A stretch of 64,000 bases of DNA from Phoronis australis (taxonomy: Eukaryota; Animalia; Phoronida): positions 1 to 64,000 of the forward strand of contig NMRA01000453.1 in assembly GCA_002633005.1 (NCBI GenBank), written 5' to 3'. Positions 52,525 to 64,000 of this stretch are shown piece after piece. Every line of letters starts with the position of its first letter. Positions within the stretch are counted from its first letter, which is position 1. Made by a program: the position numbers and the translations under genes. The notes under the pieces were generated by a model. The model made no database searches. It saw only the letters and a program-made list of their open reading frames with translations, and was not told the origin of the DNA.

Positions 52525-52883
52525 TCCAATTTGACCATACCTACCTTAAATCTTGTGAGAATGAAATCTCCTCTGCGAATTTCGCCGAAAATTTGACCGC
52601 ACATGTTGATCAGTTGTCAGACATTGAGGAGCTGTTGTTAGGGGAGACGAGCAAAACCATCCAATCATCTCTTCCCGTTAAAGACGTTATCTCAAAGAAA
52701 ACCACAGCGATGCAAAAGGACAGTTACATCTCAGCTTCATCACCACTAAACAGTTGGTCCACGGCCAGCGATTCTGGTTACAGTGACTATGAGGCAAATT
52801 CGCCGATGAGTGATGTGTCGTCGGGGCTGGGAGATAATATGTGGGAGGAATCGTTCACAGAGTTGTTCCCCACGCTTCTGTGA
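49467..52883 (+). CDS. XBP1: X-box binding protein 1, IRE1-spliced form XBP1s (bZIP transcription factor)
   Basis: Exons 49467-49654, 50732-51055 and 52350-52883. bZIP: [36 protein letters not shown]. Removing 50971-50987 gives PESAAGAC...LQSDLLDLLDQLD...ELIQFDHTYLK...WEESFTELFPTLL*, the typical XBP1s transactivation C-terminus. Confidence 0.96.
49999..50112. repeat. ~114-bp inverted repeat (mini-MITE or hairpin) in XBP1 intron 1
   Basis: TTCAGTTCCCAAAATCGG / CCGATTTTGGGAACTGAA are perfect 18-bp arms, with further pairing inside. Confidence 0.75.
50950..51008 (+). other. IRE1 splice structure of XBP1 (bifurcated stem-loop; unconventional intron 50971-50987)
   Basis: Outer stem AGTCAGTG (50950-57) / CACTGACT (51001-08). 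Hairpin 1 is TGAGT-[CTG^CCGT]-ACTCG and hairpin 2 is TTCCT-[CTG^CCGC]-AGGAG. Both loops are 7 nt and fit CNG^CNGN. Confidence 0.92.
51267..51913. mobile_element. PIF/Harbinger-like MITE in XBP1 intron 2
   Basis: GGGCCTGTTTCGGGAAA / TTTCGTGTAATAGGCCC TIRs, 3-bp TSD TAG, internal (TT)AAGACC subterminal repeats inverted at the other end. Confidence 0.75.
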
Positions 52884-53649
52884 TCATCACTGCATGGGCA
52901 GTTTTCTAAATAGATACTGTAACAGTATGCTCTGTTGCAAGCTGGAACATTGAAACATATATATTTTATATATATATATTTGTAATAATCTGTCGACAAA
53001 TGGTGGTTAATGTTCTTAATTTGTGTTGGAGTCCACCGTGAATTAACAGCTCATAGTGTAGGTTGTCTTCAGATGTGTGGTGTATATATGTCTGAGGACA
53101 TATACGCTACACATTTGTTGCCCTCTTGCAACATAATGGGCATGTTATTTATATTCATGTATACTTTTAAGCTGATGTTCTTCTTTGAAATAACTAAAAA
53201 ACGGGATACAATTTTTTTTCTTGTTATGCAACTGTCCAGTGTATGGCGTTACTGTTCACTAATCATCTTCTCTCAGATGTTTCATTTTGGTGAGGAGTGG
53301 CATGGGGAGCAACTGTATATCATCTCAAAAGAATCGCGGCTTTTATTGAAAAATCGGCTTCTTTAGCAGTTTAACAGTTCTTCTACTTGCGCGATTTTCA
53401 ACTTCTGTGTGTAAAATTTGCTTTACACAAAAGTAGAATGAGTAAATTAACATTGATTTTGCGGTCATCCCCGTCTGTCCGTCCGGCGTCGTCTGCTGCT
53501 GTATCTCCAAAATTCTTTGGTGCATGTTCATGAGGTTTTCAACACGAGTTCCTTTCATGAATGGGACGGCATAAGCGAACTTGCGGACGGATCCGACTAG
53601 CGGTGTGCCCCCTCGGTGGCAATTTTATTTGTTTTTAAGTCTACCTCTG

Positions 53650-54612
53650 ACTGTACTTCGGGAGCAAGTTTTCTGTTATACAGAATTTGTTAAATGCACG
53701 ACACTTTTCATTGTTCAGTCTTTATTCCGTTACGTTTGTACTTTCGGAACAACTGATCATAGATACAGTAACTGACCTAGCGACATAATTAAAAGACACA
53801 CGATATTTCGAAACATACTTGTTTCATTCTCAAGTGATGATAAAATGACGCAGTAATGCCACCACAGAGTATAAGCTGACGACACACACAGTGAGACACG
53901 GCGGGTGTGAAATACTGCAAAGAATGACTAATGAAGGGGGGTAACAGGAAAGTCACGCAAACAAATGTATCGTGCGGCGCGACCCTGTTTGCTGCTCATT
54001 CAAAACGGGCTTCTCAAAAGCAATTAGAGGGGGCTCTAATACTTTCAAACGCAGCACATCTTGGTACACGTAGCGAATTGACGTATTTTCCACAATTTTT
54101 TGACTGGTGGTTTTACGTGCATGGCATTGCAGAAAATGATCTTGAATGGCGCCATTTTGAAGATGCAAGGATAACCGACGGGAGATTGCAAACCGTTTGA
54201 CCAATATAACATTGTTTGACATTTGAACGAATTCGTTCATAGGGCATACAAACTCATAAACAACACTACACTGTGCAACGGGGCGGACTTTCGCTTTAGA
54301 AATGTTATTTTTCATGACCAAGTTGGAGGACTTCCTATTCCGATAATAAATAATAACATCGAGGTGATCATCAGGCTTACAAACTTTGAACAATGTCCCT
54401 TATTATTTTCTTAATGGCGTGTTCGTCCTGGAAGTAATTATTAGACATGACATTTTTGTAAAATATCTTTTTGGTGACACCGGTCCGACGTGCAGGGACT
54501 TCATAGCTAATTCTGGACACAAATCGCTTAATATGGAAATCCACAAAAGCATTGATATACCCATTATTCACCAGTGTTTGTCTTATGCGATCTACCTCTT
54601 GATTGAACACGG
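53650..54612 (-). mobile_element. 5'-truncated Penelope-like retroelement (RT thumb plus GIY-YIG endonuclease, frameshifted)
   Basis: FNQEVDRIRQTLVNNGY (PLE thumb), IIYYRNRKSSNLVMKNN, VVYEFVCP...YIGQT (YIG in a shifted frame), RRLSLHLQNGAIQDHFLQCH, LKVLE..LI..EKPVLNEQ. A hammerhead follows downstream. Confidence 0.85.
53799..53836 (-). ncRNA. Minimal type I hammerhead ribozyme (U3-A8 core variant) of the Penelope-like element
   Basis: Minus strand: CAC UUGAGAA U GAAAC-AAGUAU-GUUUC GAAA UAUC GUG. Stem I CAC/GUG, stem II GAAAC/GUUUC, palindromic AUAU stem III, AUC cleavage triplet. Confidence 0.65.
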
Positions 54613-55563
54613 AATCTTGTCATTTACAGGAAACTCTACCTCTGTATTTTCAAAGGTCTTCAACGACTTTTCATAAAATCTGGCGTTTAGCCATCTATTA
54701 ATGAGATGAGGCCATCCTCTCGTTTTTGGACGGATTCATAGTGGCCATTTTTACTGTTTTCGAGTCTGTTTTTGGCGTCTGCCCCTTCATCAACCAAACC
54801 TTTCTAAGAACGATTGTGAAAATTGACATGTATGTCCTTACTATGAAGAGGAGGGATGAGGATGATTTTCCGACAACTTTGACTACTGTGGCGCCTCTAA
54901 GAGGCAAGTTTGTTTTTTTTTTTGGGTCCATGCCTGTATCTCCTTAACACTATGCAGGATCTTTACTAAATTTAGCAAGTGTGTTTATATAAAGTTAACA
55001 GACAAGGACGACTTTAATCAGATCTGACTACCGGCGTGCCCCCCAGTGGCAATTTTAGATTTTAAACATTCACTTAGGCCTATGTATCTTCAACGGTACT
55101 CAACTGGAATTTCATAAAATTTGGAATATAGGCATTTATTGGTGGGATGATGCTATCTCATTTTCGATTGGATTCGGCGTATTTTGCGCCACCTAGTGGT
55201 CATTTTTTGGCGTCCGCCCCTCTATCAATCAAACCAGTCTTAGGATGATTGTGAAAATTAACAAATATGGTCTTGGGTGTGAAGAGGACGCTAAACGATG
55301 ACCAGCTACTGTGGCGCCTCCTAGTGGCATTTTTTGCTCCCATAGCTGCATCACCCAAATCCACTGCATGACCTTTATTAGATTTATCAATTATATTCCT
55401 ATGAAATTGACAACAGAGAACCCTGACGACGTCTTTCACTGTCGTTGACCTCGAATCGTCAAAGTGCAAACAACGCATGGGCGTTTTGGCAACATTTTTG
55501 TGCTTTGACCGCGAATTTGTTGCAAACTCACTACAGCAGAACACTGTGAATGGTATTAGAAGA

Positions 55564-56869
55564 CGGTTAAATCACAATCGAGGTCCATATTCGAGAGTTG
55601 ACTGTGTTACGGTCTAAAATAATTTTTTTTGGTCACGAAATCTCATATTCAAAGAGTTATTTAGTTGTGCAAATTAAAAATGAATCATCAAAATCGGACA
55701 ATGTTTGAGAAATTTATGCATGTTTGAATTGATTTAGTAAACTCTCAGTAGATTCTTGGTATTTAGTTACAAACCTGACATGTCATTGAAATGTAGTGTA
55801 CGTACCCCTGTGTAGTGTACGTACCCCCGTGTGAACAAATACAATGAAACAAAAATATTATATGGTAAGTATGCAACATTTTTCACACAGTTTCCTCCAT
55901 TAAAATGCTGGGTGTTAATTACAATACATTTGTTTTTAGTGAAATACTAGCATTTGTGTAGAGTGCGTACCCCTATATTTTAACATGTGTCTGTTTTCAA
56001 AGAATGACGGACAGCTGTACTTTTTGTTTGTTCTCTTTGGATAGATTTGGTAAGTGAACTAACTCTCAGTAGATTCTAAGTATTTTTTATAAACCTGACA
56101 ACTCATTGAAATATAGTGTACGTACCCCTGTGTAGTGTACGTACCTCCAACCCCTGTGCTATAAAGTATTGCCCACAAGTATTTTTTTACATACTGCTGT
56201 TCTCATGAACAATACTGATATTTCCAAAATGCATCCAGTCTGACAAAACAAAAAAAAAACAATGGACATTATTAAATGTGTGGGAAATTTGACGTTGATT
56301 GACTGTGCGTAGTGTGCGTACACCCCAACCAGTACCATTTTTTACTGTCTACAAGTTGAACACTGGGTCTAACACTGCTGCAACTCTTTTGACCAACTGG
56401 TAAATGTGTTGAAAACTAGGCAAATAGCACCAATAAAGTTTTTGAAAAAAGTAGTTACCTATCATTTTCTTTTTGTAAGAATCGTATTGCAAGAGAAGTT
56501 CTCATTATACTGTGTTAAGACACGCAATGTTTCATCATCTAGAACACCTTGATCAGCGCGCTAATAATTTTTCTTACTTTAGTATGTGATACTTCTTCAA
56601 TTTGATCAAGAACTTACTAAATTAACAGCTACCTTATGAATTAGATAGAAGTGGGCTGTGACCACAAGTTGTAGTGTAGGTACCCTTTTATGCAACTGCG
56701 ATGCATTAGGCCATAAAATTTTATTCGGTGGTTCTTGTGCAAAAATATTTTAGATTACAAACCTGGAATGGTGGTACTTTAAAATAACCCAGCTTTTACA
56801 GTTATACGACAACCTTCATTTTTCACCAAAAGTGGTCACCCAATATGGACCTTGATTGTGATTTGCCCG
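55564..56869. mobile_element. Non-autonomous TIR element (~1.3 kb) with internal repeats
   Basis: 30-bp TIRs CGGTTAAATCACAATCGAGGTCCATATT / AATATGGACCTTGATTGTGATTTGCCCG; internal TAGTGTACGTACCCC repeats. Superfamily not determined. Confidence 0.7.
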
Positions 56870-58295
56870 ATGCTAATGGTTTGTTGAAACCGTGTTTTGT
56901 GTAAATTTATTGAGTTTTGTGTTTGAAATGGTAGGTTGAAGTGAAGCACCCGTGGACTTCCTTGTCGAGAGTGCCATACCTTGTATTATATATAGTGTAT
57001 TGGGGACGATCAAAAGCTGAGAACGCCTGTGGTTTCAGTGAATTTAGTTGCAGCCTGAAGTTGGAAAAATTGTAATCCGATCCCAAGTAGTAAATTACAC
57101 CTAGGAACCAGTACGCTTAGACGATTTTTGTCTGTCTAAAACAGCTCTCAAGACATTGACGAAATTCGGAGAATTCCCAAATATATACTCGCAATTCAAA
57201 CGGCAATAAATGCCTTTCTTTTCGACTTAAGTATAAGATTTGCCGTTTAAACTCACAAACAAGAGATCAAAAAGGAATTAAGGTAAACGCATTGCTGATG
57301 GAATTGATTGTTGGTTTCTGATTTTCATGTTTATGTACGAAAATCGACTGAGTGTGGATGATTTTTTGACAATGAAGCTAATCTATGCTTCAGTAAACTT
57401 AGTTGCAGGCTGACATTGGGAAAGTTCGATCTATCATCAGATCCCCAAATAGGAATGTACACTAAACTATTTTTGTCTATCTGAAATAAGGATATTAATG
57501 AATGTCGGACAGCTCTACAAAGTGTCCCAAAAATATATTGCTTATTGACTTAGGAATTAGATTACTGGTTTAAATTCACAAACCGTAGATAGAAAAAAAA
57601 TTTTAAGTCCTCAAAAGTTTAATCTAATTTTTTTATTTAATAAATAAAATTAAACTCATAGCTTGGAATGGATGTCTTTGCACTTCCTTGTTTTTTTCAG
57701 TTTCCACTGGCATTGCACAATGAATTTTTATTCTTCAAAAATGAATTGTTTGCTAGCCCTGATTCCCGTGCACAAATGAAGCACGTCATGACTGACGTAC
57801 CCACGTTAGAAATAATATGTAACTATACAGTAGGCCAGCGCAGAATCACTCTGATCCACGGGAACTGAACTCCCAATCGTTGAAGTGTGTACATTTTTGG
57901 GACACAATCTGTATCATTTTCGCCAGCCACCAGACACTAAATTACCGGTATGTTTCAACGAGGGATTTTGAAACAGCCCCAGAGACACTATACCAGGGAC
58001 CTCGGGATCTCACCTTTTCAAAAAAGTCCTTTAAAAAAGAATCACCCAAATGAAATAAGGTTTTCCCGAAACTGGAGCACAATAAAACGATTCATGACCC
58101 TAGAGCCAGCGCAGACGGATGTGTATGAGCTAAGCTGCCTTGATACGCCGTAAAATTTACCTTGCTAAGCCTCTCCTAATTGTTATATTTTAAGTGGAAT
58201 ACGCATGCGAGAAATGTACCATTGTAACATTTTACGAAACCAACGTCACACCGCAAAGTAAATGACGAAAACCAAGAACAAGGGGTATCTGACAC

Positions 58296-58542
58296 CATGC
58301 GCGCACCCGGGGGGGGCTCGTGGGCTCGAACGAGCCCCCCAATTTGGCGAAGTGGGCAAAAAGGTCCACCCCTGAGAGACAAAATGTCCGAGGAAATGGG
58401 ACAAAAGTCCAGTAAATAAGCGCAAACTCGCAATTCACAGTAGTGCTCCCGTTTTTTTTTTAGTCCGCCCGCTCTTTTGTTAGCAAAAGGTCCATAACGT
58501 CAGGAATTCGAGCCCCCATTTTGAAGGCTGGGTGCGTGCATG
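58296..58542. mobile_element. MITE with 5-bp TSD (hAT5-like)
   Basis: TIRs CATGCGCGCACCC / GGGTGCGTGCATG; GACAC duplicated. Confidence 0.75.
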
Positions 58543-59390
58543 GACACGGAAGGGGACACTCGAGTCTTTTTGGACGAGGGGTTCCGCCTGAAAATTTGGA
58601 TACCTACCCATTATAGAGAGTGAGCTCAGACAAAAAAGTGACCCAATTACAGAGTAATTTTGCTTTCGTAAAATGTAACAATGTTACATTTTCACATATG
58701 CATTCGACGTAAATTGTAACAATTACATGAAATGCAACAACTTGTTACTTTTTAGGAGAGGCCTAGCAACGCAAAATATAACAATGGCGTAAAATGTAAC
58801 AGTTGTTACATTTTACGAAATTGTTACATTTTACGGCTGAGCTGACCAGCAACTAACTTTAGTTCATCGGGAATTTCGTATTCACACTGTTAGGTCTCAG
58901 CTACAGTATAGTTGAGGCAGCTCCTCGCTACCCGTAGACAAAAGTTTGAGCTCTGAACATCATTCTTGTTGGCGAAAATGGCTGCAGGCGTAAATAAAAC
59001 AACTGCAAATTTTATTTTATGGCGTACACTTAAAGCCACCAAGAATAAAATCATTTGGACAAAATCTAATTTCTTGAACGTGTAGACGCACACAGTACGA
59101 TGCATTTTTCATTAATTTATATCACTGACCATTTCGCTCCTGGTCTTCAAAGAAAGCTATCATTGGAACTTCTTTTCTATCCGTGTAATCCCCGATGCTC
59201 TACCTGTCGCATTCAGCTATAACTTCATTCAGCGTATCATTCTAAATGTCTTTAACAAATGATGCCATTTCATCACTTTGAGTCTGCTCTAACTCAACTG
59301 TCTAGTCATTCGCTAAGTGTTCTTTGTAGCAACTCACCCTCTGCGTCTCGTTCATTAACACGTTTTGGTGCTGTGTTATCAGCTCGAAAC

Positions 59391-60198
59391 TATGGAACGC
59401 CCCTAGCGTTACCCTGTGACGGATCTTTTCTGACACGTTACGTGTCATCGAATCGCGTCAGAGTTGACTCGAAAGTACTTCCCAAGTGTTTCAAGTTACC
59501 GCCCCACTACTGTGCGACCAAGAAAGCGTGGTTTGGTCAGCGATGACGTATGCTTCGATGTCAATCAGTTTACGCCCCAACTGACATCTGACTAGCCTAG
59601 GCTAAAAGGTCATAAGCCCTCCCATTTTGCATTTGACCAACAGGGGACAAGTTTACATGCATACTCGTATTAATTGAATGAATCATAATCCACCTCTGTG
59701 GAGTGTAGCACCCTGCAAAAGTACAACGGTGGCTTCTGGATTAGAGTCGCATGTACAGTCAAAAATGTTATAAACGAAAGATTGCTTATCCAAATAAACG
59801 AAGGCAACGCTGCGAGTGACGAGAACTTGATATCTGTGACCTTGGAGGATTTTCTCAGTGCTGTGCCAGCAGTTGTTGAGTCCTTGTAAGTTCTATTTGC
59901 TTAATCAGTGAAGATGTACTGGTCTTGCTCAGTGCTATTGTATAGGTTGTGTTTTTATGCGAAGCAGTGCTGACCATTGTTTACATTTTTTCTTTGTGTC
60001 AAATGCTCCGCCTTTTTCAATTGTCAGTCACGTCAAAACATGACGATCTCATTGGTTTGGTCAACACACTGTATAACCTTAACACTGATTGGTTCTTTTA
60101 AGAACATCGACAGCATCACTGGCGCGTCAGCGTGTTAGAAATGACTCATTACGTGTCAGAAAAGACCCGTCACAAGGTGACGCTAGTGGCGTTCCATA
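59391..60198. mobile_element. IS3EU-like non-autonomous DNA transposon (808 bp)
   Basis: ~55-bp TIRs starting TATGGAACGCC; 6-bp TSD CGAAAC. Confidence 0.75.
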
Positions 60199-60796
60199 CG
60201 AAACGACACTAACGGGTGAGAGATCAGTGTTGCACCACCGATTGCCCCGTTTTCTTGGTAAGTCTCGTTACCTGCCTGAACTTTCCTGTCCATTGTAGAC
60301 ACCGGCCTTCTCCTGCGCCAATGTGTCAATTATTTTTTTTTCTGTTGCAGAATGGTGAAATGATGCACCAAATTTTATGCGATTTGGTACAATTATGGCG
60401 GCTCTCAAGCATGACCTTGTCCGGCCTGCTGTAATTAGGCTAGTATCAGTTAGATACAGAGCAAGAAGTGCTTTCCTAGACGCATTCTTCATTTCCCCAC
60501 AGAATTCATATTTGTGACCAAGTTTTGCAAGGTGCGCTCTTCCATGTTCACCATTGCATATGCAATGCCATTCTTCAAAATTTGCATACCATACAGCCCC
60601 GCAATTAGGCGCATGCGCATGCGGATCGTTGGGTTTTTTCGCGATTTTTTACTCAGATGCATGCGCAGTTGGGCGCAGGCAGTGATCCGGTTATAGGCGC
60701 ACCAATACACTAAATGCATTTTATTTAAATCAGCGTGTGGCGTTAATGACACTATGGATGAGTACAGGAACAGAAAAGTTCTAAAAATAGTTTTAA

Positions 60797-62541
60797 AGGA
60801 GAATGTCACCCAAAAAACAACCTATTTTGTATCAATTTAGATCAAGTAGTTCTACTCGATAACGGCACGTTCGGTTGCGTTACCTGACGCCTGACGGCAG
60901 ACGGAGGTGTTGAAATTATCCAATGACGTAATTGGTTTCACACGCAGTCTGTTCAGCAGTTCACAACACGGGTTAGTGGTGTCGGCTTATCACTTGAATT
61001 CATCGTTTAACACCAATAAATCATCAAACTTCGATGTAAAACCCTTAAAAATACACCGAGTTCTTATAAAAACGTGTTTTTATTTCGCTGTTACGGATTT
61101 ACTAGTATTTGGACACACCGTAGCCTACTGTTCGGCAGGCCAATTTACCATGGTGCGTAGCACTGGAGTTTGGAGTCTGTTCGGAGATAAATTCGAAGTA
61201 TTCTTCTGTGAAATACAGACAGGAGAACCTAGATCTGTGTTGTTTATACTTGTGATTTTTTGAGTTCTAAACACACAAAACGCTTGTTATCCCGGCCAGT
61301 GGCTCGGAACCCGATCACTAGACCCGGCGTCGCGGCCGGACTGAATCGTTATCCCGGCGGCCAGTGGCTCGGAACCCGATCAGGCCCGTAGCGGCCGCCG
61401 GCGGGACTGGCACGAACATAAACCAGCTCATTGAGTTGGAAGCTAAACCTCCAGTCACGAAAAGACTAACAGTGGGCCAAAGAAATAATTATTTATGTGA
61501 ATTAGCCACGAAATCTACTTGTCGAGGGCCGCGGAAGTCGGGTTCCCCTTCCACAGACCGTCAGGGCAAAGGTTGTACGTAACAATGATTTGAATAATGT
61601 ATTTGTATTTCTAAATAAAGCTGGATTCCCCTAACATGTTACCATAGCATAAAAAGCCATTAATTGTTTCAAAACAGCTTTCTGTCAACAAACACTGAAT
61701 TAGCATGCGCTCACACGGCCTCGGTGCCTGGTCAATTACCTTGTTGCCGGCATCAAAAGCCGGTAAGGCAGTGGTTTATTTATTTCTGGCTTCTCAAAAC
61801 ATTTGCTCTTCCGAGCACTCCAAGGCATTACAAATTGTATCTAATGAGACAGACTTTGTTTCAGTCTCATATAAGCATTGGTTAGGATGAAAATAATTCA
61901 TTTTGAAACAGAACGCAGAATAATAAACGTCTGGCATGGCAACTCGCCTGGCGCCAATCCCGACTTAGTCAAGAGCTCGTCCGACGAAGACTTCTCGGGT
62001 CGCCGGGATCAGTCGTTAGGTTTCACAGGCTATCACTGAGTTCGAATCGGAATACACTGATCAAGAAATTCTAGAGACGCGCCGTGAACATGCACACTAG
62101 GCAACGGAACGTATGGTTAGTTCTTTGGTAAGCCGGAATTCGTCAGAGAAATCACTATCGACGAAATGCCGGCCACAGACACGGAGAAGTTTCACGGCCT
62201 CATACTTGCTATTAACAGCGTACCTTTCATTCTTCACTACCGCGAGCCACTTCCTAAGCTTTCGGGCTCTCGAGGAAGTCGAAAAAAACGATATACCCGC
62301 TGTCTTCGCAGCTTCATAGTTCGGACAAGCGGGAACGATGCACGGCAATATATGTATAGCGGCATTCACTCTCAGTCTGAAGACGAACTACTAACGGCGC
62401 CGCGTCGTTTCACACCTTCCTCACAGGTCAACGCGACACCTCTCGGCAAGACGAGGTCGACCGTATATAAGCGGCGATATGGATATAGACCGATTAAGAC
62501 GGTAATAAAAAGACTAGAATTAAATCGGGTGGCATTCTCCT
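60797..62541 (-). mobile_element. Kolobok-like element with THAP-domain ORF remnant (62097-62369)
   Basis: TTAA TSDs; TIRs AGGAGAATGTCACCC / GGGTGGCATTCTCCT; minus-strand ORF CIVPAC...SFF...KWLAVVKN...VCGRHF (C2CH THAP). Confidence 0.82.
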
Positions 62542-63510
62542 TTAAGCAATAAACCCGTGACTATTGTTGATGCGTTTACATCGGCTCGTTGGTCTTCAAC
62601 CACTAAAGATCTAATGTAGGCAACACCCAGTTCTGCAACAATAGTGCCAAGTCATTACAGATGAATTCACCTAATCCTCCGTCTGTGTCGGGGGGCGGGG
62701 TGGTTTCACCTGATTCAGTTCCGGGTTAAATGCCTATGAGAATTAATGACACTGTCATTGATGTCATTGATGCCATTGTTTATTGCGTGGCTGATACCAC
62801 CATAATCTCGCACCGTTTGTAGAACTCGCAAGACAACATTTATTTTTCACATAATTTATACGTACATACGGCTGGGGAACATATGGCTTATATGCTGGAT
62901 TTTCGTACTCACCCAGTAACTGTCGCGTTCCAACATCAAGTCTGTGATACTCATTAGTCGTGAAGAGTGTCGCGTAACGTGATTTAATCTGCCGCACTCT
63001 CTTTTACGGACATTATAGTTTTAAGTTTCTCAATAGATGTCGTCAAGGATGACCGTTATGGCTGTCGTCTGCTCTGCACTATTCCATCGGATTTGTTTAG
63101 GCATTTGCAACTTTTTGGCCGTCTTACAGAGGATAGTTTGAAGTAGTTTGTTGCTTAGTTATAGTACTTTCCGTTCTTGTAAGATTTTTAGATGTAGCGC
63201 TCTCGTAGTTTCTGTATTGTATGCTTAATTGCCGGTCACTATCTGCCGTTGTCACCTATGTTGCTGTGGGCGTTGTTGTGCTAGTATTTCATTACTTGTT
63301 TCAGAATGTATTGTCCTGCCTGAAGTTCATTCTAGATACGAGATTCTCCATCAGTTATATGTAGTATTGTCTGCACGTTTTCCTTTTTTAATGACGTTCT
63401 ACTTGGTGGAGCTCAAATTATCTTTCCTGATTCTAATTGGCCATTGGCATTTCTGCTGTGTGTAGGTGTCCGTTAGCTTTCTATTTCGTGTGCTTTGTTG
63501 CATGGATTAT

Positions 63511-63663
63511 CATGGGCGGCGTAGCACTGAAAAAAGTAGGGGGCTAAAGCCCACTCAGCCCCCCTGACGTGGTGCACCGCCTTTAGACCACGTGCAGCAT
63601 AGCACTGAAAAAAGTAGGGGGGGGAGGAGGGGGGCTATAGCCCCCTATGGTGCGCCTCCCATG
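63511..63663. mobile_element. Short MITE with 5-bp TSD (hAT5-like)
   Basis: TIRs CATGGGCGGCG / CGCCTCCCATG; ATTAT duplicated; internal direct repeat TAGCACTGAAAAAAGTAGGGGG. Confidence 0.75.
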
Positions 63664-64000
63664 ATTATTGATGTTATTTATCGTCTTCTTTCAGTTTTCA
63701 CCAGCTAAATACCTTAAAATTGTCACACGCCTCCGGAATTTAATTTCGGTGACATCCCTGCCTGTAGGGAACAGGACAAACGTCAACAAGCGTCTGTTGG
63801 AAGTATTCATGGCGTCCACCGCACAAAGTATATCGACACCAAATACTAAGACCAAATGTCGAGTAAAGGTTTTCTTTCTGACACAATCGTCTCCTCGCAG
63901 TGTTCGACTTTCCCTCGTTGGTAGAGAAAAATCTGCGTTTTGCCTCAAGTTCTGCTAATCAGCACAGTTTTCACCGTTATAATCAAGTGCTATAAACAAC

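Larger units (their letters stand above)
53430..55440 (-). mobile_element. HINE-like element interrupted by a Penelope-like insertion
   Basis: Units with GTGGCGCC(T/A)C..CTAGTGGC/GGCAATTT at 53430-53640 and 54615-55440; homologous to 1125-2385. Confidence 0.6.

Noticed and set aside
63668-63958. Overlapping ORFs on both strands after a plausible acceptor
   Set aside because: No recognisable domain. It may be an exon or UTR of a neighbouring gene but cannot be called from this window.

Overview
AT-rich, intron-rich animal genomic DNA, probably a lophotrochozoan invertebrate (inferred from the repeat types). Three spliced genes were reconstructed by hand. (1) NUDT9 ADP-ribose pyrophosphatase on the minus strand: four exons between 892 and 8963, with the last exon left of the window and the exons for the Nudix box not found. 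(2) RAD54B on the plus strand, divergent from NUDT9: 24 coding exons, 25738-45561, about 853 aa. (3) XBP1 on the plus strand, 49467-52883. The most striking signal is the XBP1 locus. It has a perfect ERSE in the promoter and an IRE1-type double hairpin whose unconventional intron is only 17 nt (50971-50987). A dual-coding 3' region yields both XBP1u (hydrophobic region plus pause-like motif) and XBP1s. The rest is a dense patchwork of repeats: Helentron/HINE-like elements, two THAP-carrying Kolobok-like elements, hAT, pogo, Harbinger and IS3EU-like MITEs, tRNA-SINEs, a CR1/L2 fragment, and a truncated Penelope-like element with a minimal hammerhead. RAD54B introns also hold several minisatellites, one of which multiplies a splice donor. 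All calls come from reading the sequence and recalled family motifs; no database searches were run.
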